From: an uncultured bacterium
Lineage (GTDB): Bacteria; SAR324; NAC60-12
Reading direction: 5' to 3'
Assembly: GCA_965662235.1 (NCBI GenBank)
Contig: CBFIGY010000028.1
Coordinates: forward strand, 1-39,885
Length of the DNA stretch: 39,885 nt
The position numbers and the translations under genes were made by a program. The notes under the pieces were generated by a model. It was not told the origin of the DNA. It saw only the letters and a list, made by a program, of their open reading frames with translations, and did not search any database. Positions within the stretch are counted from its first letter, which is position 1. Each line of letters begins with the position of its first letter. Below are positions 17,858 to 27,382 of the stretch, in pieces.

Positions 17858-18634
17858 TCAGAAGGCGCCAGGGAAGGCGCCTCCGTCCACCAACAGGTTC
17901 TGCCCAGTGATGAAGCCCGCTTGCGGGTGCGCCAGCATGACCACGGCGTGAGCGACTTCAGCAGGGGTGCCAAAGCGTTGGGAGGGGATCTTCTGCAGGG
18001 TCTGCGTCACCAGCGTCTCCACGGGCACTCCCGCCCGGGCGGCCCGGTGTGCAAAATTCGACCGCAACCGCTCCGTGTCCGTGGGACCAGGAAGCACGTT
18101 GTTGATCGTCACCCCCTGTGCTGCCACCTCGCGGGCCAGTCCGGACACAGCCGACGTCAGGGCGGAACGAGCCGCATTGGAGAGCGCTAGAAAGGGCAAC
18201 GGCGCTTTCACAGCGCTGGAGGTGATGTTGACGATCCGTCCGTACTCCTGCGCCGTCATCCGCGCCACGGCCTCCCGGACGAGGAGGAGGGTGCTGATCA
18301 GGGACTGATCCAGCGCCTGCTGCCAGTCCTCGCGTTCAAAGTCTCGGAACCCTCCGGGACGGGGACCTCCGGCGTTGGTCACCAGCACATGCGGTGCTGG
18401 GCAGTGCTCAAAGAGACGTTGCTGCCCCTCCGGAGACGTCACATCGCTCACCACCGGTTCCACACGTCCGGTGCCTGCTGCAGCCACTTCCTGAGCCAAC
18501 GCTTCCAGATCCGCTTCTGTCCGAGCGGCGGCAAACACCGTTGCTCCTTCGCGAGCAAAGGCCACCGCACACGCCCGACCAATCCCACGTCCCGCTCCGC
18601 AGACCACCACCGTCTGCCCCGCAAACGCGGCCAT
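17858..18634 (-). CDS. SDR family oxidoreductase (atypical, no YxxxK)
   Basis: CGAGRGIG, TNAGGP, GRIVNITS, NNVLPG, VDGG; LSNAAR replaces YxxxK. Confidence 0.9.
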   Translation of the reverse strand: MAAFAGQTVVVCGAGRGIGRACAVAFAREGATVFAAARTEADLEALAQEVAAAGTGRVEPVVSDVTSPEGQQRLFEHCPAPHVLVTNAGGPRPGGFRDFEREDWQQALDQSLISTLLLVREAVARMTAQEYGRIVNITSSAVKAPLPFLALSNAARSALTSAVSGLAREVAAQGVTINNVLPGPTDTERLRSNFAHRAARAGVPVETLVTQTLQKIPSQRFGTPAEVAHAVVMLAHPQAGFITGQNLLVDGGAFPGAF

Positions 18635-19548
18635 CAGCGGTCCGTCCGGGGGCGTCGCGTTTCCCCGTCAAAGCCCTGCGTCACGGCCCATTCCGCAAAG
18701 TTCTGCGGCGTCCGTTCCCACTCCCGGGGCTCCCAATCTGCGGTGCAGAAGTCCTCATCGGCATAATACTCGGCAGTCGCACCGGCAGGGCAGTGGAAGT
18801 ACCAGAAGTACGCAGACGAAATGGGATGCCGTCCGGGTCCAAGCTGAGTCGTCCACCCCTTGCGGTCGATGTTCATCCCGCCGCCAAACACTTCATGAAT
18901 GTCCCGGACGGTGTAGGAAACGTGGTTCAGGCCCCGTTTGCGGTCGGGCGTCTGCAGCATAAACAGGTCGTGGTGCCCCCCTTCCGGACGGCACCGGAGG
19001 AAGTATCCGGCATTCGGGTAGCAGTCGGAAACCACAAACCCCAGGTGCTCCTGATAAAACTGCACACACGCCTGCACCTCGGAAACAAAGAAGACCACGT
19101 GCCCAATCTTGTAAGGCTGCGCGGCCTCATACACTTGGGAACGGGCGTTCACACGCAGGGTCTGGTCCACGGTGTTGCAGACGCTGCCCGTGAGGTTCAC
19201 AGGACGCCGGCGTGTCTTCCGGAAGGCAATCGTCAGGCCGTTCGGGTCCACAGCTTCCACCCCATCTGGCCCCTGCTGTGCGCCCGGAAGGGTCTGTTCC
19301 AGCCCGACTCGTTCCTGCTCCTCCGAAACACCCCAGACGACCCGCCGGACGGTGGAGCCGGCTTCAATCGCCTCCGGAAGCAAGGGGTCCGTGGCCAACC
19401 GGAGCTCCACTTCACAGCCGTCAAGCGTTTCAAAACGTGCAGAGGCGTCGTCCGCCTGCACCTGAGCCAAGCCCCAGTCTGTGAAGAAACGGACGCACGC
19501 GTCCAAGTCCTCCACGCCATAAACAATTTTGTCAATTCCCGTTATCAT
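18634..19548 (-). CDS. VOC family extradiol ring-cleavage dioxygenase-like protein
   Basis: Two-domain VOC; IGHVVF, HHDLF, LNHVSY, GPGRHPISSAYFWYFHCPAGATAEY (His/His/Glu metal set). Confidence 0.85.
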   Translation of the reverse strand: MITGIDKIVYGVEDLDACVRFFTDWGLAQVQADDASARFETLDGCEVELRLATDPLLPEAIEAGSTVRRVVWGVSEEQERVGLEQTLPGAQQGPDGVEAVDPNGLTIAFRKTRRRPVNLTGSVCNTVDQTLRVNARSQVYEAAQPYKIGHVVFFVSEVQACVQFYQEHLGFVVSDCYPNAGYFLRCRPEGGHHDLFMLQTPDRKRGLNHVSYTVRDIHEVFGGGMNIDRKGWTTQLGPGRHPISSAYFWYFHCPAGATAEYYADEDFCTADWEPREWERTPQNFAEWAVTQGFDGETRRPRTDR

Positions 19549-19560
19549 ATCGCCTTACCG

Positions 19561-21030
19561 TTACCCACCTGCCCAAGGGAGGGGGGTGTCATTGAGTCCC
19601 CAGAGCAGGCTCTTCTGATTCATGTACGCCCGCAGGCTTTCACGCCCCTTCTCACGTCCCAGCCCCGACTGCTTCAAGCCGCCAAAGGGGACAGAGATGG
19701 AAAACTGTTTGTAGGTGTTGATCCACACGGTCCCGCACTGAAGCTGCCGCGCCACCCGCATCAGCTTCCGGTAATCCTCACTCCACAGGCCAGCGGCCAA
19801 ACCGTAAACTGACGCATTGGCCTGCGCGACCAAGTCGGCTTCATCCTCAAAGGGCAGCGCCACCAGCACCGGACCAAAGACCTCTTCCTGCGCCAGGCGC
19901 GACTGGTTGCTCAGCCCCGTGATCAGGGTCGGTTCGTAGTAGCTGCCTGCCGCCAGGTCCGGGGCCTCCGGAGCCTTGCCGCCGCAGAGCAGGGTTCCGC
20001 CGTCTTCCAGTCCCTGCTGCACCAGAGCGTGCACCCGCTGGCGGTGTTCCGGAGTGATGAGCGGTCCCATCTGCGTGGATTCCGCAAACGGATCTCCAAG
20101 CCGGAGACGCCCCACGGCAGCCTGAAGGCGTTCCAGAAACGGCTCAAACAGGGGCTTCTCAATGAAGAGGCGCGAGCCCGCAATGCAGGACTCTCCGGAG
20201 CTTGAGTAGATGCCAAAGAGCACCCCGGCAACAGCATGATCCAGGTTTGCATCTGAGAAGACAATGGTCGGAGACTTGCCCCCCAACTCTAGGGACACGG
20301 GCATGAACTTAGGGGCGGCCAGTTGAGCAATGCGGGCGCCTGTCACGGTGCCCCCGGTGAAGGCTACCTTCTTGACCAGCGGATGCGTCACCAGTGTTTC
20401 TCCCACCGGTTGTCCTCCGGCAGGCAGCACCGAAAGCACTCCCGGAGGCACCCCCGCTTCTAGGCAGATCCGGCCGAGTTCCAATGCCAACAACGGCGTG
20501 TTCTCCGAAGGCTTCAGCAGCACCGCGTTCCCAGCAGCCAATGCCGGAGCCAGCTTCTGCGCTTCACTCGCCACCGGGGAGTTCCAAGGGGTGATCGCGG
20601 CCACCACGCCCAGGGGCTCATGAACGCTCATCGCCAGGTGCGGCCCCCGGACAGGAGGCAGCTCGTCCTCCAGCGTCTCCAACGCCGACGCAAAGAACTG
20701 AAAGGTCCCGGCTGCGCTCGCGACCAGTGCCCGGGTTTCGTTGATCGGTTTACCGTTGTCTTGGGTTTGCAGCTGCGCCAACTCTTCGTGCCGGGACCGG
20801 ATGAGCTGGGCCACGCGCGTCAGGATTCCCGCCCGCTCATGGGCCAGCAGTCCCGACCACGACGGCTGCCGCCAGGCGTCTTCTGCCACCAGAATCGCTT
20901 CCTCCACTTCTGCCACCGTCGGCTCCTGCCACTCGGCGACCAACTGGCCGTTCCCGGGATGAAACGACTGCCGCGTCGGACCCGAGCCCGGACGCCACGT
21001 TTTGCCAATGAGGAGATCCAGGGGCTTCAT
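19561..21030 (-). CDS. Aldehyde dehydrogenase
   Basis: ITPWNSP, LKPSE, FTGGT, LELGGKSP, GESCIAGSR, EEVFGPV, PFGGLKQSGLGRE. Confidence 0.95.
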   Translation of the reverse strand: MKPLDLLIGKTWRPGSGPTRQSFHPGNGQLVAEWQEPTVAEVEEAILVAEDAWRQPSWSGLLAHERAGILTRVAQLIRSRHEELAQLQTQDNGKPINETRALVASAAGTFQFFASALETLEDELPPVRGPHLAMSVHEPLGVVAAITPWNSPVASEAQKLAPALAAGNAVLLKPSENTPLLALELGRICLEAGVPPGVLSVLPAGGQPVGETLVTHPLVKKVAFTGGTVTGARIAQLAAPKFMPVSLELGGKSPTIVFSDANLDHAVAGVLFGIYSSSGESCIAGSRLFIEKPLFEPFLERLQAAVGRLRLGDPFAESTQMGPLITPEHRQRVHALVQQGLEDGGTLLCGGKAPEAPDLAAGSYYEPTLITGLSNQSRLAQEEVFGPVLVALPFEDEADLVAQANASVYGLAAGLWSEDYRKLMRVARQLQCGTVWINTYKQFSISVPFGGLKQSGLGREKGRESLRAYMNQKSLLWGLNDTPLPWAGG

Positions 21031-21824
21031 CAGATCACCAACGTTCCTGTACGGTTGAGAAGGAACCGCACCGCACACATTGCCGTCAGAGCTGAAGACT
21101 TAGGATTTCCCGGAATGGGTAGCCCTGTGATGCGGAACTGCAGCTCGCCAAAACCGCCCTGCGCCCGGACCTCATGGGTGTTGCCGGTTGCTTCAGGATC
21201 AGCAATGAGCTCCACCTGAGTGGCCTCAAAGCCAATCCCGGAAAGCGCCACTGTCGCAGCCACGTTGGCGTTCTTGGGATAACGCAGGGCCGCTTCACGG
21301 GCGGAACCAGTGAAGTGCGGGGTTGCTTCCGTGAGTGAATCAAGGTCAAGCACCGCCTCCGCAGGCGTGCCCTTCCAGCCCCGCACAGGCTTCCGGGAGC
21401 AATAGAGGACCTGCTCCAGCCCACCCACCTTTGCCGAAGCCAGGGCGTCCATGGCTCCAATGGCACCGGAAAGTGCATGCACCTGCGCTCCTCCTGCAGC
21501 CGCCGCCGTTTGGAGCCGCTCCAACGTCGACGCCTCCGCAAGCGCCCCAATCGAGACCAACCCAAAGTCTGCCCCTGCCTCCAGGAAGACCGGTCCCCAC
21601 TCCCGGACCGCCTCGTGACTGGCCAGCTCCAGCACCACCTCAGGCGTAAAGGAGAAGTCTTCCGGCCGGCTCCCTGACTCCACGCCTTTAGGAACGGGAA
21701 CCTGGTGCTCTGGAGGCTGTAGGATTCCGGAGAGGCGCAGCGACGTGTGCGTGTGCAGGTGCTCAACCACGTAGTGAGCAAGCGCTCCGTAGCCAATGAG
21801 CAGGATGCGAGGGGCCGAGGTCAT
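21030..21824 (-). CDS. nadX: L-aspartate dehydrogenase-like protein
   Basis: IGYGAL, SIGAL, SGAIGAMDAL, GSAREAALRYPKNANVAAT, NTHEV, NPKSSALTA. Confidence 0.88.
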   Translation of the reverse strand: MTSAPRILLIGYGALAHYVVEHLHTHTSLRLSGILQPPEHQVPVPKGVESGSRPEDFSFTPEVVLELASHEAVREWGPVFLEAGADFGLVSIGALAEASTLERLQTAAAAGGAQVHALSGAIGAMDALASAKVGGLEQVLYCSRKPVRGWKGTPAEAVLDLDSLTEATPHFTGSAREAALRYPKNANVAATVALSGIGFEATQVELIADPEATGNTHEVRAQGGFGELQFRITGLPIPGNPKSSALTAMCAVRFLLNRTGTLVI

Positions 21825-23494
21825 GAGGTCGCCTTTCGGACAGGAGGGCCGGCAAATTTACGGGCAAAGGGTCCGATGGTCGGCATGTCGAATTCCAGCA
21901 GCACCGGTCCATAAATGCCCTTGGTCCACTGAAAGGCCCGGGTTGCTTGGTCGAGGTCGTCAATCCGGCGGTACGGCAGCTTCAGCGAGGCACACACCTG
22001 CTCCAGCTTCGGCATTAAAATGTCCGTGTAACCGTGTCGCCCGCCGTAGACAGCGTCTTGGATGTTCTTGATGACCTCGTAGCCCCGGCTGTTCATGACC
22101 AGCAGGACCAGGTTCGCCTGCTCCTCAACGGCTGTTGCCAGTTCCGCCAGTCCCAGCTGCAGGCCTCCGTCTCCGACCAGAACAAAGGTCTTGCGGTCCG
22201 GACGTGCCAACGCAGCGCCAATGCCCATGGCCAGGCCTTGCCCAATGCCGCCTCCGGTGGCGTGAACGCCCTGTCGCGGGGTGGTCAGGCGGGGAAGCCG
22301 GTTGCCCCACATGGAGTTGGAAATGGTGATGTCCCGGACCCAGGGATTGGTCAGGCCAAAGGTGTCAATGAGCTGCCGAACCAGGGAGGCATAAACGCCG
22401 AGGTCTTCATAGAGGCTAGCTTCCGCCTGACGCTTCACCGCAAAGAGGTCATCGGCAAACGAGGGATCCACCTGCAGGCGCCCGGAAAGCTGATCCGCCA
22501 GCGCCGTTAGCACCTCCGTCGCATCGCCCTGCACAAACCGTTCATTGGGGTAACAGCGGCCATCGGCCTCCGGATCCACGTCCACACGGTAGAGCGGCTG
22601 TGGGAGCTTCAGGCGGTACTTCAGGGTTTCGTTTCCCCGGAGCCGTGAACCGACCACCAGCACCGCGTCACAGGTCTGGTAGAACGCCTCCACAGCAGGG
22701 CTGGCCGTGAAGCAGCCGATGTTCTGCACCTCTCGCTCATCAATGATGCCGCGCCCTTGCGTGGTGTTGACAATGCCCATCCCGAGACGCATCAGGCGCT
22801 TCAACGGCTCCCCGGCTTCTCGGGCGCCGCCCCCCACCCAGATGAGGGGACGCTTTGCCTGCGCCAAGGCCTCCGCCAGCGCGGTCACCTGTTCCGGATC
22901 GGCAGAGACGTGGATCGGCTCCAGACGGTTCAGCAAGCCCGGAAGCGGCACCTGGGCGCTCTGCACATCAATCGGGATCTCCACGCTGACGGGTCCAGAA
23001 GGCGCCGACTCAAGCTGCTGCACCGCTTCTTGCAGCACCGACAGCACCTGCGTCGGGTCCGTCACCCGGTAAGCCGCCTTGGACACCGACCGGAGCAGCC
23101 CCAGCTGGTCCTTGGCTTCATGGATGTACCCCATGTTGCGGTCTAGGTACGCGGTTTCAATCTGTCCAGTCAGGTGCAGAACGCGGGCGCCGGCAGTTTG
23201 AGCTTCCACAAGGGCGCCCGCTGCATTCCCGCACGCTGTTCCTGTTGAAGTCACCACCACCCCCAGGCCTCCGGAGATGCGGGCGGACGCGTCTGCCATG
23301 TTTGCCGCTCCGGCTTCTCCTCGGGCAGGGACAAAACGAATCTGTCCCCGACGCTTGACGGCGTCCAGAATCGGCATGTTGTGAATCGAGATCACCCCAT
23401 ACATGGTCGTGACCCCGCACTGCTCCAGAAAGGCGACAATCAGGTCGCCCACCGTCACAAGCTCAGGTCCGGAAGAAGGAGAGTCAGGAGGCAT
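21821..23494 (-). CDS. Thiamine pyrophosphate-dependent enzyme (ALS/decarboxylase superfamily)
   Basis: YGVISIHNMPI, ARGEAGAANMAD, GIGQGLAMGIG, ThDP motif GDGGLQL...MNSRGY. Confidence 0.9.
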   Translation of the reverse strand: MPPDSPSSGPELVTVGDLIVAFLEQCGVTTMYGVISIHNMPILDAVKRRGQIRFVPARGEAGAANMADASARISGGLGVVVTSTGTACGNAAGALVEAQTAGARVLHLTGQIETAYLDRNMGYIHEAKDQLGLLRSVSKAAYRVTDPTQVLSVLQEAVQQLESAPSGPVSVEIPIDVQSAQVPLPGLLNRLEPIHVSADPEQVTALAEALAQAKRPLIWVGGGAREAGEPLKRLMRLGMGIVNTTQGRGIIDEREVQNIGCFTASPAVEAFYQTCDAVLVVGSRLRGNETLKYRLKLPQPLYRVDVDPEADGRCYPNERFVQGDATEVLTALADQLSGRLQVDPSFADDLFAVKRQAEASLYEDLGVYASLVRQLIDTFGLTNPWVRDITISNSMWGNRLPRLTTPRQGVHATGGGIGQGLAMGIGAALARPDRKTFVLVGDGGLQLGLAELATAVEEQANLVLLVMNSRGYEVIKNIQDAVYGGRHGYTDILMPKLEQVCASLKLPYRRIDDLDQATRAFQWTKGIYGPVLLEFDMPTIGPFARKFAGPPVRKATS

Positions 23495-23530
23495 CAGGTG
23501 GTTGCAGAGAGGTTGAGGAAGAAACGTCGG

Positions 23531-24400
23531 TCAGGCCGCATCTTCAGAACGTCGGCTCCAGGAAGCCGTTCCGGATTGGGAGTGCTCCCGTTTTTTCACA
23601 AAGCGTTGGTTGCCAACGTCCCGGGGCAGCCAGCGTTCGATCTCCTGCACCGCTTCGAGCACCCGATCCTTGACCGGGCCACTCAGGCGTTCCTGCTCAA
23701 TGAAGGCGTCCACATCCGTGACATTGATGGCAGCCACCACCTGTCCCGAGGCGTTCCGGATAGGCGCGGCTACGGCATGCACCCCGTGCTCAAAGAACGA
23801 CTCGCTGATGGCATAGCCCCGTGCGCGGTCGGCTTCCAGGAGCGTCATGAAGTCGGCGACCGTCTGAGGCGTGGACGGAGTAAACGTCGGGAGCGGCTCC
23901 TCCGGAAACAGCTTGTGAAGTTCGTCCTGAGTCAGATCCAGCGCCAGCATGCGTCCCATGATGGTGGCATGTAGCGGAAACTGGGTTCCCACCTGAACAC
24001 TGCTTTGGATGGTGGTTGATGCGGGAAAACGACTGACGTAAACCACCCGGTTGCCGTCCCGGACGGCCATGTGGGAGGACATTGAGGTATCGTCCCGGAG
24101 CTTGCGCAGAATGGGGTGCGCCAGGTCAATGACGTCCAGCGTTGCCAGGTACTCAAAGCCTCGGTTCAGCAGGGCCGGCCCCAGCTGGTAGTACCGTCCG
24201 TCTTCGGTGTGCTGCAGGTACCGCATCTCTTCCAGGGTGCCAAGCAGCCGGTAGGTCGTGGCACGGGGCAGCGCCAGTTTTTGGGAAATTTCCGTGGCGG
24301 TGTACTTCGGTGTGCTCTTGCTAAACAGGTCGAGGATCGAGAGCCCCTGAACCAGAGCCGGGACCAGGTAACGTTGTTTTTGGGGAGAGGATTCACTCAT
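23531..24400 (-). CDS. IclR family transcriptional regulator
   Basis: VPALVQGLSIL...LPRATTYRLLGTL; PLHATIMGR; RGYAIS; AVAAPI. Confidence 0.93.
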   Translation of the reverse strand: MSESSPQKQRYLVPALVQGLSILDLFSKSTPKYTATEISQKLALPRATTYRLLGTLEEMRYLQHTEDGRYYQLGPALLNRGFEYLATLDVIDLAHPILRKLRDDTSMSSHMAVRDGNRVVYVSRFPASTTIQSSVQVGTQFPLHATIMGRMLALDLTQDELHKLFPEEPLPTFTPSTPQTVADFMTLLEADRARGYAISESFFEHGVHAVAAPIRNASGQVVAAINVTDVDAFIEQERLSGPVKDRVLEAVQEIERWLPRDVGNQRFVKKREHSQSGTASWSRRSEDAA

Positions 24401-24402
24401 TC

Positions 24403-25176
24403 CTAATGTCTCCAAAAGGCGATCAATTGTTGCTCCACGGCCACGGGGGCCTCTAGGTAAACGGCATGCCCCGCCTGCGGGATCAGCGTCACCGGCGCAT
24501 CTGGACGAACCTGCGCCACCGGCTGCACCGTCTCCGGAGGCGTGATGCGGTCTTCTGCTCCCATCATGAATTGCACGGGCACTGTTTCCGGAAGGCGCCG
24601 CAAGTCCGCCTCCAGGTCTCCTTGAGCCAGCAGGTGCGTCGCCTGCGTGTACCCCCGAGGCCGCACCTGCGCCATCACCCGAACCACCGCGTCCACTGCT
24701 TCCGGACGGGCGGAGGCGCTCAGCAGCCTAGGACCTCGTTTTGCCGCTAGACCAGCGGGCCCAAGCGTTTCCAGATCCTGCAGACGAGCCTGAAGCTTTT
24801 GCTGCCGAACCGACTCCGGAAGCCGCAGGTGCCCCACTGCCGGACTCATCAGGGTCAGGGTGCGGACCTGCTCCGGATGCTCAGCTGCCAAGCGGCCTGC
24901 CATCAGAGCACCCAATGAGTGCCCCACCAGATGCACCGGTGGCGTCAGCATCTGGAGCCAGTGATGCAGCACCGCCGCATAGGCGCTGGGTCCCGGAGTC
25001 GGCTCCTCCAGCTCGGGAGAGGCACCGTAGCCGGGGGCATTCCAAGCAAACAGCTGGAACCGGTCCGCCAGACGCTCCATCAGAGGACGCCACGACTCCG
25101 CTCCGGAGCCAATGCCATGCAGCAGGACCACCGGCTCTCCGGCACCCAGGGTGTGAAATTCCGGAAGCGTCTCCAT
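24403..25176 (-). CDS. Alpha/beta fold hydrolase (PcaD-like)
   Basis: LLHGIGS, GHSLG nucleophile elbow, GAEDRITP, AGHAVY. Confidence 0.92.
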   Translation of the reverse strand: METLPEFHTLGAGEPVVLLHGIGSGAESWRPLMERLADRFQLFAWNAPGYGASPELEEPTPGPSAYAAVLHHWLQMLTPPVHLVGHSLGALMAGRLAAEHPEQVRTLTLMSPAVGHLRLPESVRQQKLQARLQDLETLGPAGLAAKRGPRLLSASARPEAVDAVVRVMAQVRPRGYTQATHLLAQGDLEADLRRLPETVPVQFMMGAEDRITPPETVQPVAQVRPDAPVTLIPQAGHAVYLEAPVAVEQQLIAFWRH

Positions 25177-25940
25177 CAGTTCAGGACAAATCCTCCGTTG
25201 ACCGGAAGCAGCTGTCCGGTCACAAAACCGGCTTCATCGGTCAGCAGAAACAGGGTCGCTCCCACAACATCTTCCGGCAGCTGCTGACGAGACAGGGCCC
25301 GGTTGTTGACGTACAGGTCGTGCCGTTCCTGAGGGACGTACTCGGTGGCCTCGCAGATCACCAGTCCGGGTGCAATGGCATTGACGGTGACCGCATCGGG
25401 TCCCAGCTCCCGGGCCAATGAGCGGGTCATGGCAATCACAGCGCCCTTGCTGGCGGTGTAGAGGAGCAGATTCGGCGCCCCCCAGAGGGCCGTGTCTGAG
25501 GCCAGGTTGACGATGCGGCCTCCGCGCGTTGAGCGACGCAGCAGCGGTGCCATCGCCTTGACCATCAACCACGTCCCCCGGACGTTGACCTGCTGGACCC
25601 GGTCCCAGGTTTCTAGGTCGATTTCCTCAAAGGTCTTGCCACCAATGCCTGTCGCAATGGCCGCATTGTTCAGCAGTCCATCCAGGCGACCGAACTGCTG
25701 CTCCACAGCCTCAGCCAGTTGCTCAATTGAACTGGGATCCGCCAGATCCACCGGAAAGAAGCAGGCGTTGGCACCTGATGCCTGGAGCGCGGCAACGGTC
25801 TCCCGGCCCCAGTCTTCCTGGACGTCTGCCACAATGATCGCTTCGGCTCCGGCCGCCGCCATGCCTTCGGCAAAGGCTCGTCCCAGCCCGCGACCGGCGC
25901 CCGTGACCAGGAGGATGCGTCCTTCCAGCCCAAGGCTCAT
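25176..25940 (-). CDS. SDR family oxidoreductase
   Basis: TGAGRGLG, NNAA, YTASK, VNAIAPG, VTGQLLPVNGG. Confidence 0.93.
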   Translation of the reverse strand: MSLGLEGRILLVTGAGRGLGRAFAEGMAAAGAEAIIVADVQEDWGRETVAALQASGANACFFPVDLADPSSIEQLAEAVEQQFGRLDGLLNNAAIATGIGGKTFEEIDLETWDRVQQVNVRGTWLMVKAMAPLLRRSTRGGRIVNLASDTALWGAPNLLLYTASKGAVIAMTRSLARELGPDAVTVNAIAPGLVICEATEYVPQERHDLYVNNRALSRQQLPEDVVGATLFLLTDEAGFVTGQLLPVNGGFVLN

Positions 25941-26539
25941 GAGGAGGCCTGCGCGGCTTCAGCCTGAGCAGCAATCTCTCGGCGACGCTTCCGCAGCTCG
26001 TTGAGCGGATGCCCTTCCGGATAGTCCGGCACCACCGGTTTGGCCACTCCCAGCATCACGCACATCAGCGCTTCCTCCTGTCCTTCGTTGACCAGTCCTC
26101 GGTAGACTCCGGGAGGAACCGAAATGACGTCTCGGGAGCTCAAAATCGTTTCCGCCTGTTCTCCATCGAGCTCAAACATCAGCTTGAGGCGCTCCGCCTT
26201 GAGGACGAAGAAGACCTCTTCCGCGTCATAGTGCACATGGAGGGGACCTTCGCACCCTGCAGGAAGGATCATGGTGGAGAAGGTGAAGTGCTCCGAGGGA
26301 ATGGTTCCAGCATCCGACGCGACCCCGGTGGCTCCGGTGCCAATGTACCGGCACTGCGCCCGGCGGTACTTAGGGTCAAAGTCCGCCTGAAACTTCAGGG
26401 CGTTCCAGTCGTACTGGCGGGTGCTGAAGCGGGCGATCCGGGTTTCCACCCAGTCTCCAAGCGCCACGTCTGCCGGCTTCTCCCAGGTAGGGAAGTAGTC
26501 CTTGGTGTATTCCGCAATCTTGCGTTTCAGTTCAGTCAT
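25937..26539 (-). CDS. Cupin domain protein
   Basis: Cupin motif 1 GPLHVHYDAEEVFFVL and motif 2 DVISVPPGVYRGLVN. Confidence 0.85.
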   Translation of the reverse strand: MTELKRKIAEYTKDYFPTWEKPADVALGDWVETRIARFSTRQYDWNALKFQADFDPKYRRAQCRYIGTGATGVASDAGTIPSEHFTFSTMILPAGCEGPLHVHYDAEEVFFVLKAERLKLMFELDGEQAETILSSRDVISVPPGVYRGLVNEGQEEALMCVMLGVAKPVVPDYPEGHPLNELRKRRREIAAQAEAAQASS

Positions 26540-26579
26540 GTTGGGGTTTTCTTTCTCATGATTCCGGCGGACGGTTGTG

Positions 26580-27368
26580 TCAGGAGTACGCCCGTTTGCG
26601 TTCTAGCTGGTAGTGAAGCACCCGACGCTCCAGCAGCACGATCAGTCCGTACAGGACAATGCCAATGAGGGTGAGCAGGAGGATCACCACAAACACCATG
26701 GCCGTGTTGCCCGACCCCTCGCCAAACGTCAGGAGGTAGCCCAAACCGGTGTTTCCTCCCACCAGCTCTCCCACCAGCACCCCAATGACGGCCAGCGTTG
26801 CGCCAATGCGCAGACCAGCAAACAGAGGCGGCATGGCAGCCGGGAACTCGATCTTCCAGAAGATCTGGAAGCGCGAGGCCGTAAACGAACGGGCCAGTCG
26901 CACAATGTCCGGATCCACCGCACGGACGGCGCCCAGGACATTGACCATGATGGGAAAGAAGACAATCAGCACCGCCACCAGGATCTTGGGATAAACCGTG
27001 TACCCAAACCAGATGATGAACAGCGGGGCAAAGGCAACCTTGGGAGCAATCTGCAGAGCCAGGATGTAGGGAGAGAGCATGAACTCCGCCGCAGGAGACA
27101 TGCCGAGGACAAATCCGAAGATCACCCCCAGCAACGCCCCCAGGACAAATCCCACCAGCACCTGCAACGCCGTGATGCCGGTGTGGAAGAGCAACGCTTC
27201 ATTGTCCAGCATGTAGAAAAACTCCTCCCACACCTGTGACACCGGCGGAATGATGAAGGCCGGGATGTCAAAAACCTGGGGCGCCCACTCCCACACCGCC
27301 AGAAAGGCGAACAGGAGCAAGACGCTGCCCAGCATCATGCGTTGCGTTGAGGGAGGCGCTTTCTCCAT
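26580..27368 (-). CDS. ABC transporter permease (NitT/TauT family)
   Basis: LQIAPKVAFAPLFIIWFG, FFPI, EAA-loop region, IEFPAAMP, GELVGGNTGLG. Confidence 0.92.
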   Translation of the reverse strand: MEKAPPSTQRMMLGSVLLLFAFLAVWEWAPQVFDIPAFIIPPVSQVWEEFFYMLDNEALLFHTGITALQVLVGFVLGALLGVIFGFVLGMSPAAEFMLSPYILALQIAPKVAFAPLFIIWFGYTVYPKILVAVLIVFFPIMVNVLGAVRAVDPDIVRLARSFTASRFQIFWKIEFPAAMPPLFAGLRIGATLAVIGVLVGELVGGNTGLGYLLTFGEGSGNTAMVFVVILLLTLIGIVLYGLIVLLERRVLHYQLERKRAYS

Positions 27369-27382
27369 GACAAACGGATCCG

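Noticed and set aside
18394..19812. 472-aa plus-strand ORF, and similar long antisense ORFs such as 32633-34069
   Set aside because: They lie opposite well-supported genes and have no recognisable motifs; these are typical shadow ORFs of GC-rich coding DNA.
21821..23494. Second ilvB (acetolactate synthase) copy
   Set aside because: It lacks the AHAS motifs GYPGG, RHEQ and MVRQWQ and sits in a catabolic operon, so it is called only a ThDP enzyme.
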